From Thauera sp. (GTDB lineage Bacteria; Pseudomonadota; Gammaproteobacteria; Burkholderiales; Rhodocyclaceae): DNA of 64,000 nucleotides. The notes beneath the pieces are model-generated. The model was given only the letters and a program-made list of their open reading frames with translations. It was not told where the DNA came from and did not search any database. The stretch's first letter is position 1; each line of letters begins with the position of its first letter. Shown here one piece after another: positions 27,969 to 45,596 of this stretch. The stretch lies in assembly GCF_024235615.1 (NCBI RefSeq), contig NZ_JACKMB010000002.1, one strand, 5' to 3'. The position numbers and the translations under genes are program-made.

Positions 27969-29111
27969 GTGAGTGCATTCCCGCCCGCCATTCTTGCGCT
28001 CGCCGACGGAACCGTCTTCCACGGCAAGGGTATCGGCGCGGTTGGCAGCACGGTCGGCGAGGTGGTGTTCAACACCTCGATGTCGGGGTATCAGGAAATC
28101 CTGACCGACCCGAGCTATTGCCGCCAGATCGTCACCCTGACCTATCCGCACATCGGCAACACCGGCATCAACCCCGAGGACGTCGAGTCCACCCGCGTGC
28201 AGGCGGCCGGCCTGGTCATCCGCGACCTGCCCATCCTGCCGTCCAACTTCCGCATGACCCAGCGCCTGGACGACTACCTGCGCGCCGAGAACGTGGTCGC
28301 GATCGCCGGGCTCGACACCCGCAAGCTCACCCGCGTGCTGCGCGAGAAGGGCGCGCAGGCGGGCTGCATCGTCACCGCTACCGTGGGCCAGGCGCTCGAC
28401 GCCGAGGCTGCCGTGGCCCAGGCGCGCGCCTTCCCCGGCCTCGCGGGCATGGACCTCGCCAAGGTCGTCAGCGCCAGCGCGCGCTACGAGTGGAAGCAGG
28501 CCGAGTGGGCGCTCGAGGGCGGCTACAGCGACCGCGCCGACGGGCGCTTCCACGTCGTCGCCTACGACTTCGGCGTCAAGTACAACATCCTGCGCATGCT
28601 GGTCGAGCGCGGCTGCCGCCTCACCGTGGTGCCGGCGCAGACGCCCGCCGCCGAGGTGCTGGCGCTGAGTCCGGACGGTGTGTTCCTGTCCAACGGGCCG
28701 GGCGACCCCGAGCCCTGCGACTACGCGATCGCGGCAATCCGCGAGATCCTCTCCGCGCGCGTGCCGACCTTCGGCATCTGCCTCGGCCACCAGCTGCTGG
28801 CGCTCGCCTCCGGCGCGAAGACCATGAAGATGAAGTTCGGCCACCATGGCGCGAACCACCCGGTCAAGGACCTCGACAGCGGCCAGGTGCTGATCACCAG
28901 CCAGAACCACGGCTTCGCAGTCGATCCGTCGACCATGCCGGCGAGCCTGCGCGTGACCCACCAGTCGCTCTTCGATGGCTCCAACCAGGGCATCGCGCGC
29001 ACCGACGTGCCGGCCTTCTCCTTCCAGGGCCACCCCGAGGCGAGCCCCGGCCCGCACGACGTCGCCTACCTGTTCGACCGCTTCATCGGCCTGATGGAAG
29101 CAGGCAAGTAA
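27969..29111 (+). CDS. carA: Carbamoyl-phosphate synthase small subunit
   Basis: GTG start. [29 protein letters not shown] and FQGHPE glutaminase motifs. Confidence 0.97.
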   Translation: MSAFPPAILALADGTVFHGKGIGAVGSTVGEVVFNTSMSGYQEILTDPSYCRQIVTLTYPHIGNTGINPEDVESTRVQAAGLVIRDLPILPSNFRMTQRLDDYLRAENVVAIAGLDTRKLTRVLREKGAQAGCIVTATVGQALDAEAAVAQARAFPGLAGMDLAKVVSASARYEWKQAEWALEGGYSDRADGRFHVVAYDFGVKYNILRMLVERGCRLTVVPAQTPAAEVLALSPDGVFLSNGPGDPEPCDYAIAAIREILSARVPTFGICLGHQLLALASGAKTMKMKFGHHGANHPVKDLDSGQVLITSQNHGFAVDPSTMPASLRVTHQSLFDGSNQGIARTDVPAFSFQGHPEASPGPHDVAYLFDRFIGLMEAGK

Positions 29112-29200
29112 GACCTTCCACGGCGGGCGAGGGCCCGCCGCCCCAGTTCATTCCGATGCGCGCGATCGGCGCGGCGTCGAGGAATCACCGAGGCAAGACA

Positions 29201-32427
<3,227 letters not shown>

Positions 32428-32431
<4 letters not shown>

Positions 32432-32904
32432 ACAAGACCCCGCTTACCGTCGCCGGCGCCGAGAAGCTGCGCGCAGAACTGCATCGGCTGAAGACCGTCG
32501 AGCGTCCCAACGTGATCGCCGCGATCGCCGAGGCGCGCTCGCACGGCGACCTCTCCGAGAACGCCGAGTACGAGGCCGCCAAGGATCGCCAGGGCTTCAT
32601 CGAGGGGCGCATCATGGAGGTCGAGTCCAAGCTCGCCAACGCGCAGATCATCGATCCGACGCTGCTCGATGCGGACGGTCGCTGCGTGTTCGGCGCCACG
32701 GTCGAGCTCGAGGACCTCGAGTCGGGCCAGGTGGTGACTTACCAGATCGTCGGCGACGACGAGGCCGACATCAAGGAAAACAAGATCTCGATCAGCTCGC
32801 CGATCGCGCGTGCGCTGATCGGCAAGTACGCCGGGGATATCGCCGAGGTGCAGGCGCCCGGTGGCGTGCGCGAATACGAGATCCTGGACGTGCGCTACGT
32901 CTGA
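32428..32904 (+). CDS. greA: Transcription elongation factor GreA
   Basis: [10 protein letters not shown] and [14 protein letters not shown] motifs. ATGA overlap with carB. Confidence 0.97.
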
Positions 32905-32927
32905 GGGGTGCGGGGTGGCGTGGAGCT

Positions 32928-32961
32928 GAAGAGGGCGGTGCGATGCACCGCCTCTTCGTTT
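32928..32961. terminator. Hairpin between the convergent greA and yhbY genes
   Basis: GAAGAG(G)GCGGTGC-GAT-GCACCGCCTCTTC-GTTT. Confidence 0.6.
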
Positions 32962-32997
32962 GCAGCCGCGGCGCGGGGCGCGCCGGGCGGGGGGTGC

Positions 32998-33450
32998 TCA
33001 GCGCCCGCGTGCGGCGCCGCGTCCGCGCGGGGCGGGCGCGCGAGCGGGCGAGCGGCGCGACTCGGCGCTCGCCTTGGCGAGCGCGGCGCGACGCGCGGCG
33101 GCGGCGAAGGCCGCGGCCGACTTGGCGGTGGAGGCGCGCGCCGGCTTCTTCTCGGCGGGCGCGGCGGTCTTCTCGTCCTCGCGGCGTGCGCGCCACACGA
33201 CGAGGATGCTGCCGATGTGCTGCACCGGGGCGGCGTCCACCGCGGTGCACAGCTCTTGCATCAGGGCCTCGCGCTGCTCGCGTTCGGCGCCCTGGACCTT
33301 GACCTTGATGAGCTCGTGCGCCTGCAGGGCGCGCTCGATCTCGGCGAGGACGGCTGGCGTGAGGCCGTTGCCGGCGACGGTCACGACGGGGTTCAGGTGG
33401 TGGGCGCGGGCGCGAAGGTCGCTGCGCTCGGCCGGGGTAAGCTCGGTCAT
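32998..33450 (-). CDS. yhbY: YhbY/CRM-domain RNA-binding protein with basic C-terminal tail
   Basis: [20 protein letters not shown] and QHIG motifs. Divergent from rlmE. Confidence 0.9.
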   Translation of the reverse strand: MTELTPAERSDLRARAHHLNPVVTVAGNGLTPAVLAEIERALQAHELIKVKVQGAEREQREALMQELCTAVDAAPVQHIGSILVVWRARREDEKTAAPAEKKPARASTAKSAAAFAAAARRAALAKASAESRRSPARAPAPRGRGAARGR

Positions 33451-33533
33451 TGCAAATCTCTGGATGGGTGAAGCCCGGGACGCGGATTCTACCCCGTGCG
33501 TGCCATGCATGGCCGTCGCGGATGGAGCAAGGG

Positions 33534-34157
33534 ATGAAGAAGAACAAGACCAGCCGTGCCTGGGTGCACGATCATGTGAACGATCCCTGGGTGCAGCGCG
33601 CCCAGGCCGAGGGCTATCGCGCGCGCGCCGCCTTCAAGCTGCTCGAGATCGACGAGCGCGACCACCTGCTGCGGCCCGGCGCGGTGGTGGTGGATCTGGG
33701 CGCGGCGCCCGGCTCCTGGTGCCAGGTCGCGGTCCGGCGCTGCGGCCCGAAGGCGCGCATCTTCGCCCTCGACCTGCTGCCGATGGAGGCGGTGGCGGGG
33801 GTGGATTTCCTGCTCGGCGACTTCACCGAGGACGCCGTGCTCGAGGAGCTCGAGTCGCGCCTCGGCGGCGCGAGCGTCGACGTGGTGCTCTCGGACATGG
33901 CGCCGAACCTTTCCGGGGTCGCGACGGTCGACCAGGCACGTTCGGTCCATCTGTGCGAACTCGCGCTCGACTTCGCGGTGCGGCATCTGAAGCCGGGCGG
34001 GCAGTTCGTGGTCAAGGTGTTCCAGGGCGAGGGCTTCATGGAGTATCGGAAGCAGATGGAGGCGGCGTTCGCGTCGGTGCAGGTGCGCAAGCCCAAGGCC
34101 TCGCGCGACCGCAGCGCCGAGGTCTATCTGCTCGGCAAGGGGCCGCGCCGTCCCTGA
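33534..34157 (+). CDS. rlmE: 23S rRNA U2552 2'-O-methyltransferase RlmE/FtsJ
   Basis: [31 protein letters not shown] and KPKASR motifs. Confidence 0.96.
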   Translation: MKKNKTSRAWVHDHVNDPWVQRAQAEGYRARAAFKLLEIDERDHLLRPGAVVVDLGAAPGSWCQVAVRRCGPKARIFALDLLPMEAVAGVDFLLGDFTEDAVLEELESRLGGASVDVVLSDMAPNLSGVATVDQARSVHLCELALDFAVRHLKPGGQFVVKVFQGEGFMEYRKQMEAAFASVQVRKPKASRDRSAEVYLLGKGPRRP

Positions 34158-34279
34158 GTCGGCGTGCTGGGATGGCGATCGGGTTGCGCTATGGGTCCCA
34201 TTGGTTTGCCCGTGGGAACAATCGCCACTAGAATCGGTCAGTCGCGTACAGGCCGCAATGGCTTTCGGGGAACAGAAAG

Positions 34280-36172
<1,893 letters not shown>

Positions 36173-36192
36173 GTTCGACACATCCGCTTCAC

Positions 36193-36216
36193 GGGGCCGG
36201 CCAGACCGGCCCCTTT
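36193..36216 (+). terminator. Probable terminator after ftsH
   Basis: GGGGCCGG-CCAGA-CCGGCCCC-TTT. Confidence 0.55.
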
Positions 36217-36271
36217 CCATTCCGGCGCCCGCATGCTGCCGTGCGGGCGCATCGATCATCACGAGGGTTCG

Positions 36272-37102
36272 ATGTCCGTCCTCCAATGCGGCCGCTTCCG
36301 GCTCGATCTGTCCCAGCCCAGGGTGATGGCGATCATCAACCTCACCGACGACTCCTTCTCCGGCGACGGCCTGCGCGGCGATCTCGCCCGTGCGCTGGCG
36401 CGTGCCGAGCGTGCGCTGGAGGAGGGCGCGGAGATGCTCGACATCGGCGCCGAGTCCACCCGACCGGGCTCCGACCCGGTGCCGGAGGCCCAGGAACTCG
36501 AGCGCGTGGTGCGCTTCGTCGAGGCCGCGCGCGACTGGGGGGTGCCGCTTTCCATCGACACCCTGAAGCCTGCGGTGATGCGCGCGGCGCTCGCGGCGGG
36601 GGCGGACATGATCAACGACATCAACGCGTTTCGCGCGCCGGGCGCGCTCGAGGCGGTCGTCGCGGGCGAGTCCGGGCTGTGCGTGATGCACATGCTCGGC
36701 CAGCCGCGCACGATGCAGGAGGACCCGCGCTACACCGACGTGGTCGGCGAGGTGATCGGTTTCCTCGCCGAGCGCGTGGCCGCCCTCGAGGCAGCGGGCG
36801 TGGCACGCGAGCGCATCGTGCTCGATCCTGGCTTCGGCTTCGGCAAGCGCGTCGAGCACAACTACGCGCTGCTCCGCGAACTCGCGCGCTTCGGTGCGGG
36901 CGGGCTGCCGGTGCTGGCCGGGCTGTCGCGCAAGTCCATGCTCGGTGCGGTGACCGGTCGCGCGGTCGGCGAGCGGCTCGCCGCCAGCGTTGCCGGTGCG
37001 TTGATCGCGGTGCAGAACGGCGCGCGCATCGTGCGGGTGCACGACGTCGCCGCCACCCGCGACGTGCTCGCGGTCTGGAGGGCGACCGTGACGGGTTGCT
37101 GA
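36272..37102 (+). CDS. folP: Dihydropteroate synthase
   Basis: INLTDDSFSGDG, DIGAESTRPG, DPGFGFGK, GLSRKS and RVHDV motifs. Confidence 0.96.
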   Translation: MSVLQCGRFRLDLSQPRVMAIINLTDDSFSGDGLRGDLARALARAERALEEGAEMLDIGAESTRPGSDPVPEAQELERVVRFVEAARDWGVPLSIDTLKPAVMRAALAAGADMINDINAFRAPGALEAVVAGESGLCVMHMLGQPRTMQEDPRYTDVVGEVIGFLAERVAALEAAGVARERIVLDPGFGFGKRVEHNYALLRELARFGAGGLPVLAGLSRKSMLGAVTGRAVGERLAASVAGALIAVQNGARIVRVHDVAATRDVLAVWRATVTGC

Positions 37103-37158
37103 GCAAGGCGCTGCCTGCGGTGTCATAATCTGCGCTTTCGAAAGTTGCTGGAGCGAAG

Positions 37159-38511
<1,353 letters not shown>

Positions 38512-38593
38512 CTCGGCGGGCATGAAGTGGGCGGACGGTGCGCAACGCGCCGTCCGCGCGCGGGAAGGGGGGCAAATCTTCCCGTTCGATGAC

Positions 38594-38627
38594 ACGCAAC
38601 GTGGCTGTAACAATCGCTTGCTACCTT
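38594..38627 (+). promoter_or_regulatory. Putative Pho box and -10 element of pstS
   Basis: 11-bp periodic half-sites ACGCAAC-GTGG-CTGTAAC, then 10 nt, then TACCTT. The first half-site is degenerate. Confidence 0.5.
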
Positions 38628-38661
38628 ACGGGCTCAGTCTTCCAACCCCGAGGTAGTCACC

Positions 38662-39702
38662 ATGCGTTTCTCCACGAAGTTTGCCGCCGCCGCATGTTCG
38701 TCCGTGCTGTTCGCCGCCAGCGCCCATGCGCTCGACATCACGGGCGCGGGCGCTTCCTTCCCGGCGCCGCTGTACGCGAAGTGGGCCGATGCCTACCAGA
38801 AGGCTTCGGGCAACCGCGTGAATTACCAGTCGATCGGCTCGGGTGGCGGCATCCGCCAGATCGGTGCCAAGACCGTCGACTTCGGCGCGTCCGACATGCC
38901 GCTGACCCCCGAGAAGCTCGCCGAGGGCGGCCTGCAGCAGTTCCCCACCGCGATCGGCGCGGTCGTGCCGGTGGTGAACATCGAGGGTGTCAAGCCGGGC
39001 GACATGAAGCTCACCGGTGAAGTGCTGGCCCAGATCTACCAGGGCAAGATCACCAAGTGGAACGATCCGGCGATCGCCGCGCTGAACCCCAGCCTCAAGC
39101 TCACCGACCAGGACATCGGCGTCGTGCGTCGCGCGGACGGTTCGGGCACCACCTTCGTGTTCACCAACTACCTCTCCAAGGTCTCGACCGAGTGGAAGGA
39201 GAAGATCGGTGAAGGCACCGCGGTGCAGTGGCCGGTGGGCCTCGGCGGCAAGGGCAACGAGGGCGTGTCGGCCTTCGTGCAGCGTCTGCCGGGCTCGATC
39301 GGCTACGTCGAGTACGCCTACGCCAAGCAGAACAAGCTCTCCCACGCGATCATGCAGAACAAGGAAGGCCAGTTCGTCGAGCCGAACAACGAGAGCTTCG
39401 CCGCTGCCGCCGAAGGCGCCGACTGGTCGAAGTCCGCGTTCTACGAGATCCTGACCAACCAGCCGGGCGCGAAGTCGTGGCCGATCACGAGCGCCACCTT
39501 CATCCTCATGCACAAGGTGCAGGACAAGCCGGCGCAGGGCGCCGAGGTGCTGAAGTTCTTCGACTGGGCCTACGTGAATGGCGCCGACATGGCGCTCGAG
39601 CTCGAGTACATCCCGATGCCCAAGGCCACGGTCGAGCTCATCCGCGCCTCCTGGGGCGAGATGAAGGACAGCGCCGGCAACCCGGTCTTCTCGGCCAAGT
39701 AA
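38662..39702 (+). CDS. pstS: Phosphate ABC transporter substrate-binding protein
   Basis: [26 protein letters not shown] and RRADGSGTT motifs. Confidence 0.97.
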   Translation: MRFSTKFAAAACSSVLFAASAHALDITGAGASFPAPLYAKWADAYQKASGNRVNYQSIGSGGGIRQIGAKTVDFGASDMPLTPEKLAEGGLQQFPTAIGAVVPVVNIEGVKPGDMKLTGEVLAQIYQGKITKWNDPAIAALNPSLKLTDQDIGVVRRADGSGTTFVFTNYLSKVSTEWKEKIGEGTAVQWPVGLGGKGNEGVSAFVQRLPGSIGYVEYAYAKQNKLSHAIMQNKEGQFVEPNNESFAAAAEGADWSKSAFYEILTNQPGAKSWPITSATFILMHKVQDKPAQGAEVLKFFDWAYVNGADMALELEYIPMPKATVELIRASWGEMKDSAGNPVFSAK

Positions 39703-39816
39703 GCCGGAGTCGGCCCCGTGGCTCGATCCAGCGTCCAGCCAGGGGCCCCCGGGGCCCTTGGCCACAAACTTTCCGCGGGGGGCGGCGCAGATGCGGCCGC
39801 CCTTTCTGGTGTCCCC

Positions 39817-40779
39817 ATGCAAACGACCGGATTCAAGTCGTCGGCGTCGATGAAGTTCGGCGACAGACTGTTCGGTACCCTGGCGAAATCCTTCGCCTGG
39901 TTGACCCTGATCCTGCTCGCCGGGATCATCCTCGCCCTGATCTACGCCTCCTGGCCCAGTATCCAGGCCTTCGGCATCGGCTTCCTGTTCTCCGATGCCT
40001 GGAATCCGCCGATGGACGAGTTCGGCGCGCTGATCCCGATCTACGGCACCATCGTTACCTCGGTGATCGCGCTGCTGATCGCCGTGCCGGTGAGCTTCGG
40101 CATCGCGCTCTTCCTCACCGAGATGGCGCCGGCCTGGCTGCGACGCCCGCTCGGCACCGCGATCGAGCTGCTCGCGGCGATTCCCTCGATCGTGTACGGC
40201 ATGTGGGGGCTGCTGGTGTTCGCGCCCATCTTCGCCAAGTACATCCAGCCCGGCCTGCAGTCCTCGCTCGGCCAGGTGCCGGTGATCGGCAAGCTCTTCG
40301 CCGGCGCGCCGCTCGGCATCGGCCTGCTGTCCGCGGGCATCATCCTGGCGATCATGATCATCCCCTACATCGCCTCGGTGATGCGCGACGTATTCGAGGT
40401 CACGCCGCCGATGCTCAAGGAGTCCGCCTACGGCGTGGGCTGCACCACCTGGGAGGTGATGTGGGGCGTGGTGCTGCCCTACACCAAGACCGGCGTGATC
40501 GGAGGCGTCATGCTCGGCCTCGGTCGTGCGCTCGGTGAGACCATGGCGGTCACCTTCGTGATCGGCAACACCAACTTCCTCGACTCGGCATCGCTGTTCG
40601 CGCCGGGCAACAGCATCACCTCGGCGCTGGCCAACGAGTTCGCGGAAGCGGATCCGGGCCTGCATACCTCGGCATTGATGGAACTGGGCCTGATCCTGTT
40701 CGTGATCACGCTGATCGTGCTGGTGGTGTCGAAGCTGTTGCTGCTGCGTCTCGCCAAGGGCGAGGGTACGAAGAGCTGA
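39817..40779 (+). CDS. pstC: Phosphate ABC transporter permease PstC
   Basis: [16 protein letters not shown] and [12 protein letters not shown] motifs. Confidence 0.95.
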   Translation: MQTTGFKSSASMKFGDRLFGTLAKSFAWLTLILLAGIILALIYASWPSIQAFGIGFLFSDAWNPPMDEFGALIPIYGTIVTSVIALLIAVPVSFGIALFLTEMAPAWLRRPLGTAIELLAAIPSIVYGMWGLLVFAPIFAKYIQPGLQSSLGQVPVIGKLFAGAPLGIGLLSAGIILAIMIIPYIASVMRDVFEVTPPMLKESAYGVGCTTWEVMWGVVLPYTKTGVIGGVMLGLGRALGETMAVTFVIGNTNFLDSASLFAPGNSITSALANEFAEADPGLHTSALMELGLILFVITLIVLVVSKLLLLRLAKGEGTKS

Positions 40780-40791
40780 CCGGGGAACGAC

Positions 40792-41634
40792 ATGAACCTT
40801 CTCGCTAGACGCAAACTCACCAACCGGGTGGCGCTGACCCTGTCGCTGTCGGCCATGGCCTTCGGCCTGTTCTGGCTCGCCTGGATCCTGTGGACCGTGC
40901 TCGAGCTCGGTCTCTCCGGGCTCTCGCTGACGCTCTTCACCGAGATGACGCCGCCGCCCGGCGCCGAGACCGGGGGCCTGCTCAACGCGATCGCCGGCAG
41001 CCTGATCATGGTCGTGCTGGCAACCCTGCTCGGCACCCCGATCGGCATCCTCGCCGGGGTGTATCTCGCCGAGTACGGCCGCAATCACTGGCTGGGCTCG
41101 ACCACGCGCTTCATCAACGACCTGCTGCTGTCGGCGCCGTCCATCGTGATCGGTCTCTTCGTGTATGCGGTGGTCGTTGCGCAGACCGGCAAGTTCTCCG
41201 CCTGGTCGGGGGTGATCGCGCTCGCGCTGATCGTGCTTCCGGTGGTTGTGCGCACCACCGAGAACATGCTGCAGCTGATCCCGAACACGCTGCGCGAGGC
41301 GGCCTTCGCCCTCGGTGCGCCCAAGAGCGTGGTGATTTCCAAGGTCACCCTGCGTGCGGCGCGTGCGGGCGTGCTCACCGGGGTGCTGCTGGCCGTGGCG
41401 CGTATCGCCGGCGAGACCGCGCCGCTGCTCTTCACCGCGCTCTCCAACCAGTTCTGGACGCTGAACCTGAACGAGCCGATGGCCAACCTGCCGGTCACGA
41501 TCTTCAAGTTCGCCATGAGCCCCTTCACCAACTGGCAGGAATTGGCCTGGGCAGGTGTGTTCCTGATCACGATGGGGGTGCTCGCGCTCAACATCATCGC
41601 GCGCGTCTTCCTGCGCGCCGAGAAGATCAACTAA
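40792..41634 (+). CDS. pstA: Phosphate ABC transporter permease PstA
   Basis: [24 protein letters not shown] and [13 protein letters not shown] motifs. Confidence 0.96.
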   Translation: MNLLARRKLTNRVALTLSLSAMAFGLFWLAWILWTVLELGLSGLSLTLFTEMTPPPGAETGGLLNAIAGSLIMVVLATLLGTPIGILAGVYLAEYGRNHWLGSTTRFINDLLLSAPSIVIGLFVYAVVVAQTGKFSAWSGVIALALIVLPVVVRTTENMLQLIPNTLREAAFALGAPKSVVISKVTLRAARAGVLTGVLLAVARIAGETAPLLFTALSNQFWTLNLNEPMANLPVTIFKFAMSPFTNWQELAWAGVFLITMGVLALNIIARVFLRAEKIN

Positions 41635-41714
41635 GGCTCAACCAAGGATCAATCCGGCTATCCGCCGCACGCAATCCGTGCCCGCCGCCGTGCGGGCCGG
41701 GATTGGAGAAAAGA

Positions 41715-42479
<765 letters not shown>

Positions 42480-42498
42480 ACGATCGACAGCACGAGCG

Positions 42499-42538
42499 GG
42501 CGGAAGCGGGCCTCGTACGCCGCTTCCGCCTTTCTTTT
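42499..42538 (+). terminator. Intrinsic terminator of the pst operon
   Basis: 11-bp stem GGCGGAAGCGG/CCGCTTCCGCC followed by TTTCTTTT. Confidence 0.8.
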
Positions 42539-42683
42539 CACCAACGTTCCAAGAATTCTTGGAATGACTCGGCAGGCTCTTGCTCGATCCATCCAGGCGG
42601 GATCGACGCCATGGTGGGGCGGCTGGGGCGCGTGCGTCGGGGGCGAGGCGGGATCCGAATGCGCCTTGCCGACGTGGGTCGCG

Positions 42684-42713
42684 TTGCGGCTGATCGGCCG
42701 CAAGCCTTATAAT
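42684..42713 (+). promoter_or_regulatory. sigma70 promoter of tpiA
   Basis: TTGCGG, 18 nt, TATAAT; 35 nt before the ATG. Confidence 0.6.
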
Positions 42714-42747
42714 CCTGCGGTTTATCTCCACGGACATTCCCCGCCCC

Positions 42748-43482
42748 ATGACCAGACTCGTTGCCGGTAACTGGAAGATGAACGGCAGCCTCGCGGCCAA
42801 TCGCGACCTGCTCGACGGCCTCGTGTCGATCCCGGGGATGGAAATGGCGGTCTGCGTGCCCTATCCCTATCTTGCCCAGGCGCAGGAGCGGCCCGCCGGC
42901 GTGGTGCTCGGCGCGCAGGACGTGTCGGAGTACGCGGTCGGTGCCTACACGGGCGAGGTGAGCGCGGCCATGCTCGTGGAGTTCGGTTGCCGCTACGCCA
43001 TCGTCGGGCACTCCGAGCGTCGTGCGCTCTTCGGTGAGGACGACGCCACGGTGGGGCGGAAGGCGCGGGCTGCCATGCAGGCGGGGCTGGTGCCGATCGT
43101 GTGCGTGGGTGAAACGCTCGCCGAGCGCGACGAGGGGCGTGTCATGGAGGTCATCGGGCGGCAGCTCGACGCCGTACGCGAGGTCCTCGGCCCCGTGGCG
43201 ATCGGCCGGATCGTGCTCGCCTACGAGCCGGTGTGGGCGATCGGTACCGGGCGCTCCGCGAGCGTGGCGCAGGTGGCCGAGGTGCATGCCGGGATTCGCG
43301 CCTGGCTGAATGTCCACGGCGCGGCCGGAGGGGTGCGCATCCTCTACGGCGGCAGCGTCAAGCCGGACAATGCCGCGGCGATCTTCGCCGTTGCGGATGT
43401 CGACGGTGGGCTGATTGGTGGCGCCTCGCTCGCCGCGGCGGATTTCATGGCCATCTGCCGCGCCGCGGCTGGTGGGGTCTGA
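42748..43482 (+). CDS. tpiA: Triosephosphate isomerase
   Basis: AGNWKMN, GHSERR, AYEPVWAIGTG, YGGSVK and GLIGGASL motifs. Confidence 0.97.
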   Translation: MTRLVAGNWKMNGSLAANRDLLDGLVSIPGMEMAVCVPYPYLAQAQERPAGVVLGAQDVSEYAVGAYTGEVSAAMLVEFGCRYAIVGHSERRALFGEDDATVGRKARAAMQAGLVPIVCVGETLAERDEGRVMEVIGRQLDAVREVLGPVAIGRIVLAYEPVWAIGTGRSASVAQVAEVHAGIRAWLNVHGAAGGVRILYGGSVKPDNAAAIFAVADVDGGLIGGASLAAADFMAICRAAAGGV

Positions 43483-43513
43483 GTTTCAACTGTTCTATCT
43501 TTCAGGATTCAAG

Positions 43514-43864
43514 ATGGGTGACTATCTCTTCTCTCTCGTGCTCACCGTGCATGTGCTGGTGGGTCTCGGCGTGATCGGGCTCGTGCTCGTGCAGCACGGC
43601 AAGGGCGCCGACATGGGGGCGGCCTTCGGCAGCGGAGCCTCGGGCAGCCTCTTCGGCGCATCGGGTTCGGCGAACTTCCTCAGCCGTACCACGGCGGTGC
43701 TGGCCACGGTGTTCTTCCTGACCAGCCTGGGTCTGAGCTTCCTCGCCAGCAACAAGCCGGCGGCCCCGGGTAGCGTCATGGAAGGGGCTCAGACCGCCCC
43801 CGCGACGACCCCCGCGCCGGCTGCGCCGGTCGAGTCCTCGCCGGCGCAGTCCATCCCGAAATAA
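43514..43864 (+). CDS. secG: Preprotein translocase subunit SecG
   Basis: LVQHGKGADMGAAFGSGAS and NFLSRTTAVLA motifs. Confidence 0.96.
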   Translation: MGDYLFSLVLTVHVLVGLGVIGLVLVQHGKGADMGAAFGSGASGSLFGASGSANFLSRTTAVLATVFFLTSLGLSFLASNKPAAPGSVMEGAQTAPATTPAPAAPVESSPAQSIPK

Positions 43865-43878
43865 TTGGTTGCGAGCCC

Positions 43879-43907
43879 TTTGCGCAGTGCGGGAAAACAC
43901 TTATAAT
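43879..43907 (+). promoter_or_regulatory. sigma70 promoter of tRNA-Leu
   Basis: TTTGCG/TTGCGC, 16-17 nt, TATAAT (43902-07), followed by a GC-rich discriminator. Confidence 0.6.
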
Positions 43908-43929
43908 TATCGCGCTGTCAGAACGAAGC

Positions 43930-44014
43930 GCCGACGTGGTGAAATTGGTAGACACGCTATCTTGAGGGGGTAGTGGCGAAAGCCGTATGAGTTCGAGTCT
44001 CATCGTCGGCACCA
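43930..44014 (+). tRNA. tRNA-Leu(GAG)
   Basis: Acceptor GCCGACG/CGTCGGC-ACCA, D-loop GAAATTGGTAGAC, anticodon stem CTATC/GGTAG with loop TT-GAG-GG, long variable arm, T-loop GTTCGAGT. 85 nt. Confidence 0.97.
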
Positions 44015-44021
44015 CATTCCG

Positions 44022-44048
44022 GGAACGCCCGCAGAAGCGGGCGTTTCC
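44022..44048 (+). terminator. Hairpin after tRNA-Leu
   Basis: AACGCCCGC-AGAA-GCGGGCGTT-TCC. Confidence 0.55.
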
Positions 44049-44121
44049 ACGCAGGGCTGAGCAATAACAATAATTGCGGCGCGCAAATGACGCCGCGGAC
44101 TTCAAATGGGGGTTTCCGGAC

Positions 44122-44496
44122 ATGCTGGAAAATTATTTTCCCGTCCTGATGTTCATGCTCGTCGGCCTCGGCTTCGGCCTTGCGCCCGTCATCCTCGGGC
44201 GGCTCATCGCCCCCTATCGGCCTGATTCCGAAAAGAATTCTCCCTACGAGTGCGGCTTCGAGGCGTTTGAAGACGCCCGCATGAAGTTCGATGTCCGCTA
44301 CTACCTGATCGCCATTCTCTTCATCCTGTTTGACCTCGAAATCGCCTTCCTCTTCCCGTGGGCGACGGTCTTCCAGGAGTTCATCGCCGCCGGCGAAATC
44401 GCTTGGTTCGTATTCGGCTCAGTGATGGTTTTTCTGGCGATTCTGGTCATTGGCTATATCGTCGAGTGGAAAAACGGCGCACTCGACTGGGAGTAA
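44122..44496 (+). CDS. nuoA: NADH-quinone oxidoreductase subunit A
   Basis: PYECGFEAF and [14 protein letters not shown] motifs. Confidence 0.96.
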   Translation: MLENYFPVLMFMLVGLGFGLAPVILGRLIAPYRPDSEKNSPYECGFEAFEDARMKFDVRYYLIAILFILFDLEIAFLFPWATVFQEFIAAGEIAWFVFGSVMVFLAILVIGYIVEWKNGALDWE

Positions 44497-44499
44497 TGC

Positions 44500-44976
44500 A
44501 TGAGCATTGAGGGCGTCTTCCGCGAGGGGTTCGTCACCACCTCGCTCGATGCGGTCATCAACTGGACGCGCACCGGCTCGTTGTGGCCGATGACCTTCGG
44601 TCTGGCCTGTTGCGCGGTCGAGATGATCCACGCGGGCTGTTCCCGCTACGACTTGGATCGCTTCGGTGTTGTGTTCCGGCCGAGTCCGCGCCAGTCCGAC
44701 CTGATGATCGTCGCCGGAACCTTGTGCAACAAGATGGCGCCGGCACTGCGCAAGGTCTATGACCAGATGTCGGAGCCGCGCTGGGTCATCTCCATGGGCT
44801 CTTGTGCCAACGGCGGTGGCTACTACCACTATTCGTACTCGGTCGTGCGCGGTTGTGACCGCATCGTGCCGGTCGACGTCTATGTGCCGGGCTGTCCGCC
44901 CACCGCCGAGGCGTTGATCTACGGCATTCTCCAGCTCCAGAACAAGATCAAGCGCACGAACACGATTGCGCGCTGA
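44500..44976 (+). CDS. nuoB: NADH-quinone oxidoreductase subunit B
   Basis: [19 protein letters not shown] and VPGCPP motifs. Confidence 0.97.
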   Translation: MSIEGVFREGFVTTSLDAVINWTRTGSLWPMTFGLACCAVEMIHAGCSRYDLDRFGVVFRPSPRQSDLMIVAGTLCNKMAPALRKVYDQMSEPRWVISMGSCANGGGYYHYSYSVVRGCDRIVPVDVYVPGCPPTAEALIYGILQLQNKIKRTNTIAR

Positions 44977-44990
44977 CGGGTGTCCCAGAC

Positions 44991-45596
44991 ATGAGTGCCA
45001 AGCTAGAACGCCTCAGCCAGACCTTGCGCGACGTTTTCGGTAACCGGATCCAGTCGCTCGTGCTCGATCGCGGTGAAGTGACGATCGAGGTCTCCGCTGC
45101 CGAATATCCCCGCGTCGCACGCCAGCTTCGCGACCATGCCGATTTGCGCTTCGAGCAGTTGATTGACCTCTCGGGTCTCGACTATTCCGCCTACGGTAAC
45201 GCGATCTGGGAGGACAAGCGCTTCGCTTCCGTCGCCCACCTGACCTCGGTCAAGCACAACTGGCGCCTGCGTGTTCGCGTGTTCGCCGACGACGACGCCT
45301 TCCCGGTGATCGATTCGGTGGTCGATGTGTGGCCGAGCGCCAACTGGTACGAGCGCGAGTCCTTCGATCTGTACGGGATCCTGTATTCGGGCCACCCGGA
45401 TCTGCGCCGCATCCTGACCGACTACGGTTTCGTCGGTCATCCGTTCCGCAAGGACTTCCCGGTTTCGGGGTACGTCGAAATGCGCTACGACCCGGAGCAG
45501 GGCAGGGTCGTCTATCAGCCGGTGAGCATCGAGCCGCGCGAGAACACGCCGCGCATCGTGCGCGAAGAGAAATACGGGGACGTCGGCCATGGCTGA
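44991..45596 (+). CDS. nuoC: NADH-quinone oxidoreductase subunit C
   Basis: [24 protein letters not shown] and HPFRKDFP motifs. Confidence 0.96.
   Translation: MSAKLERLSQTLRDVFGNRIQSLVLDRGEVTIEVSAAEYPRVARQLRDHADLRFEQLIDLSGLDYSAYGNAIWEDKRFASVAHLTSVKHNWRLRVRVFADDDAFPVIDSVVDVWPSANWYERESFDLYGILYSGHPDLRRILTDYGFVGHPFRKDFPVSGYVEMRYDPEQGRVVYQPVSIEPRENTPRIVREEKYGDVGHG

Noticed and set aside
32998-33190. Long Ala/Arg/Lys-rich tail on YhbY
   Set aside because: Basic disordered tails are common on betaproteobacterial YhbY proteins.
42480-42747. No phoU after pstB
   Set aside because: phoU is often encoded elsewhere. Not unusual.
43930-44121. tRNA-Leu as an island integration site
   Set aside because: nuoA follows directly. 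There is no integrase or duplicated tRNA 3' end, so the site is empty.
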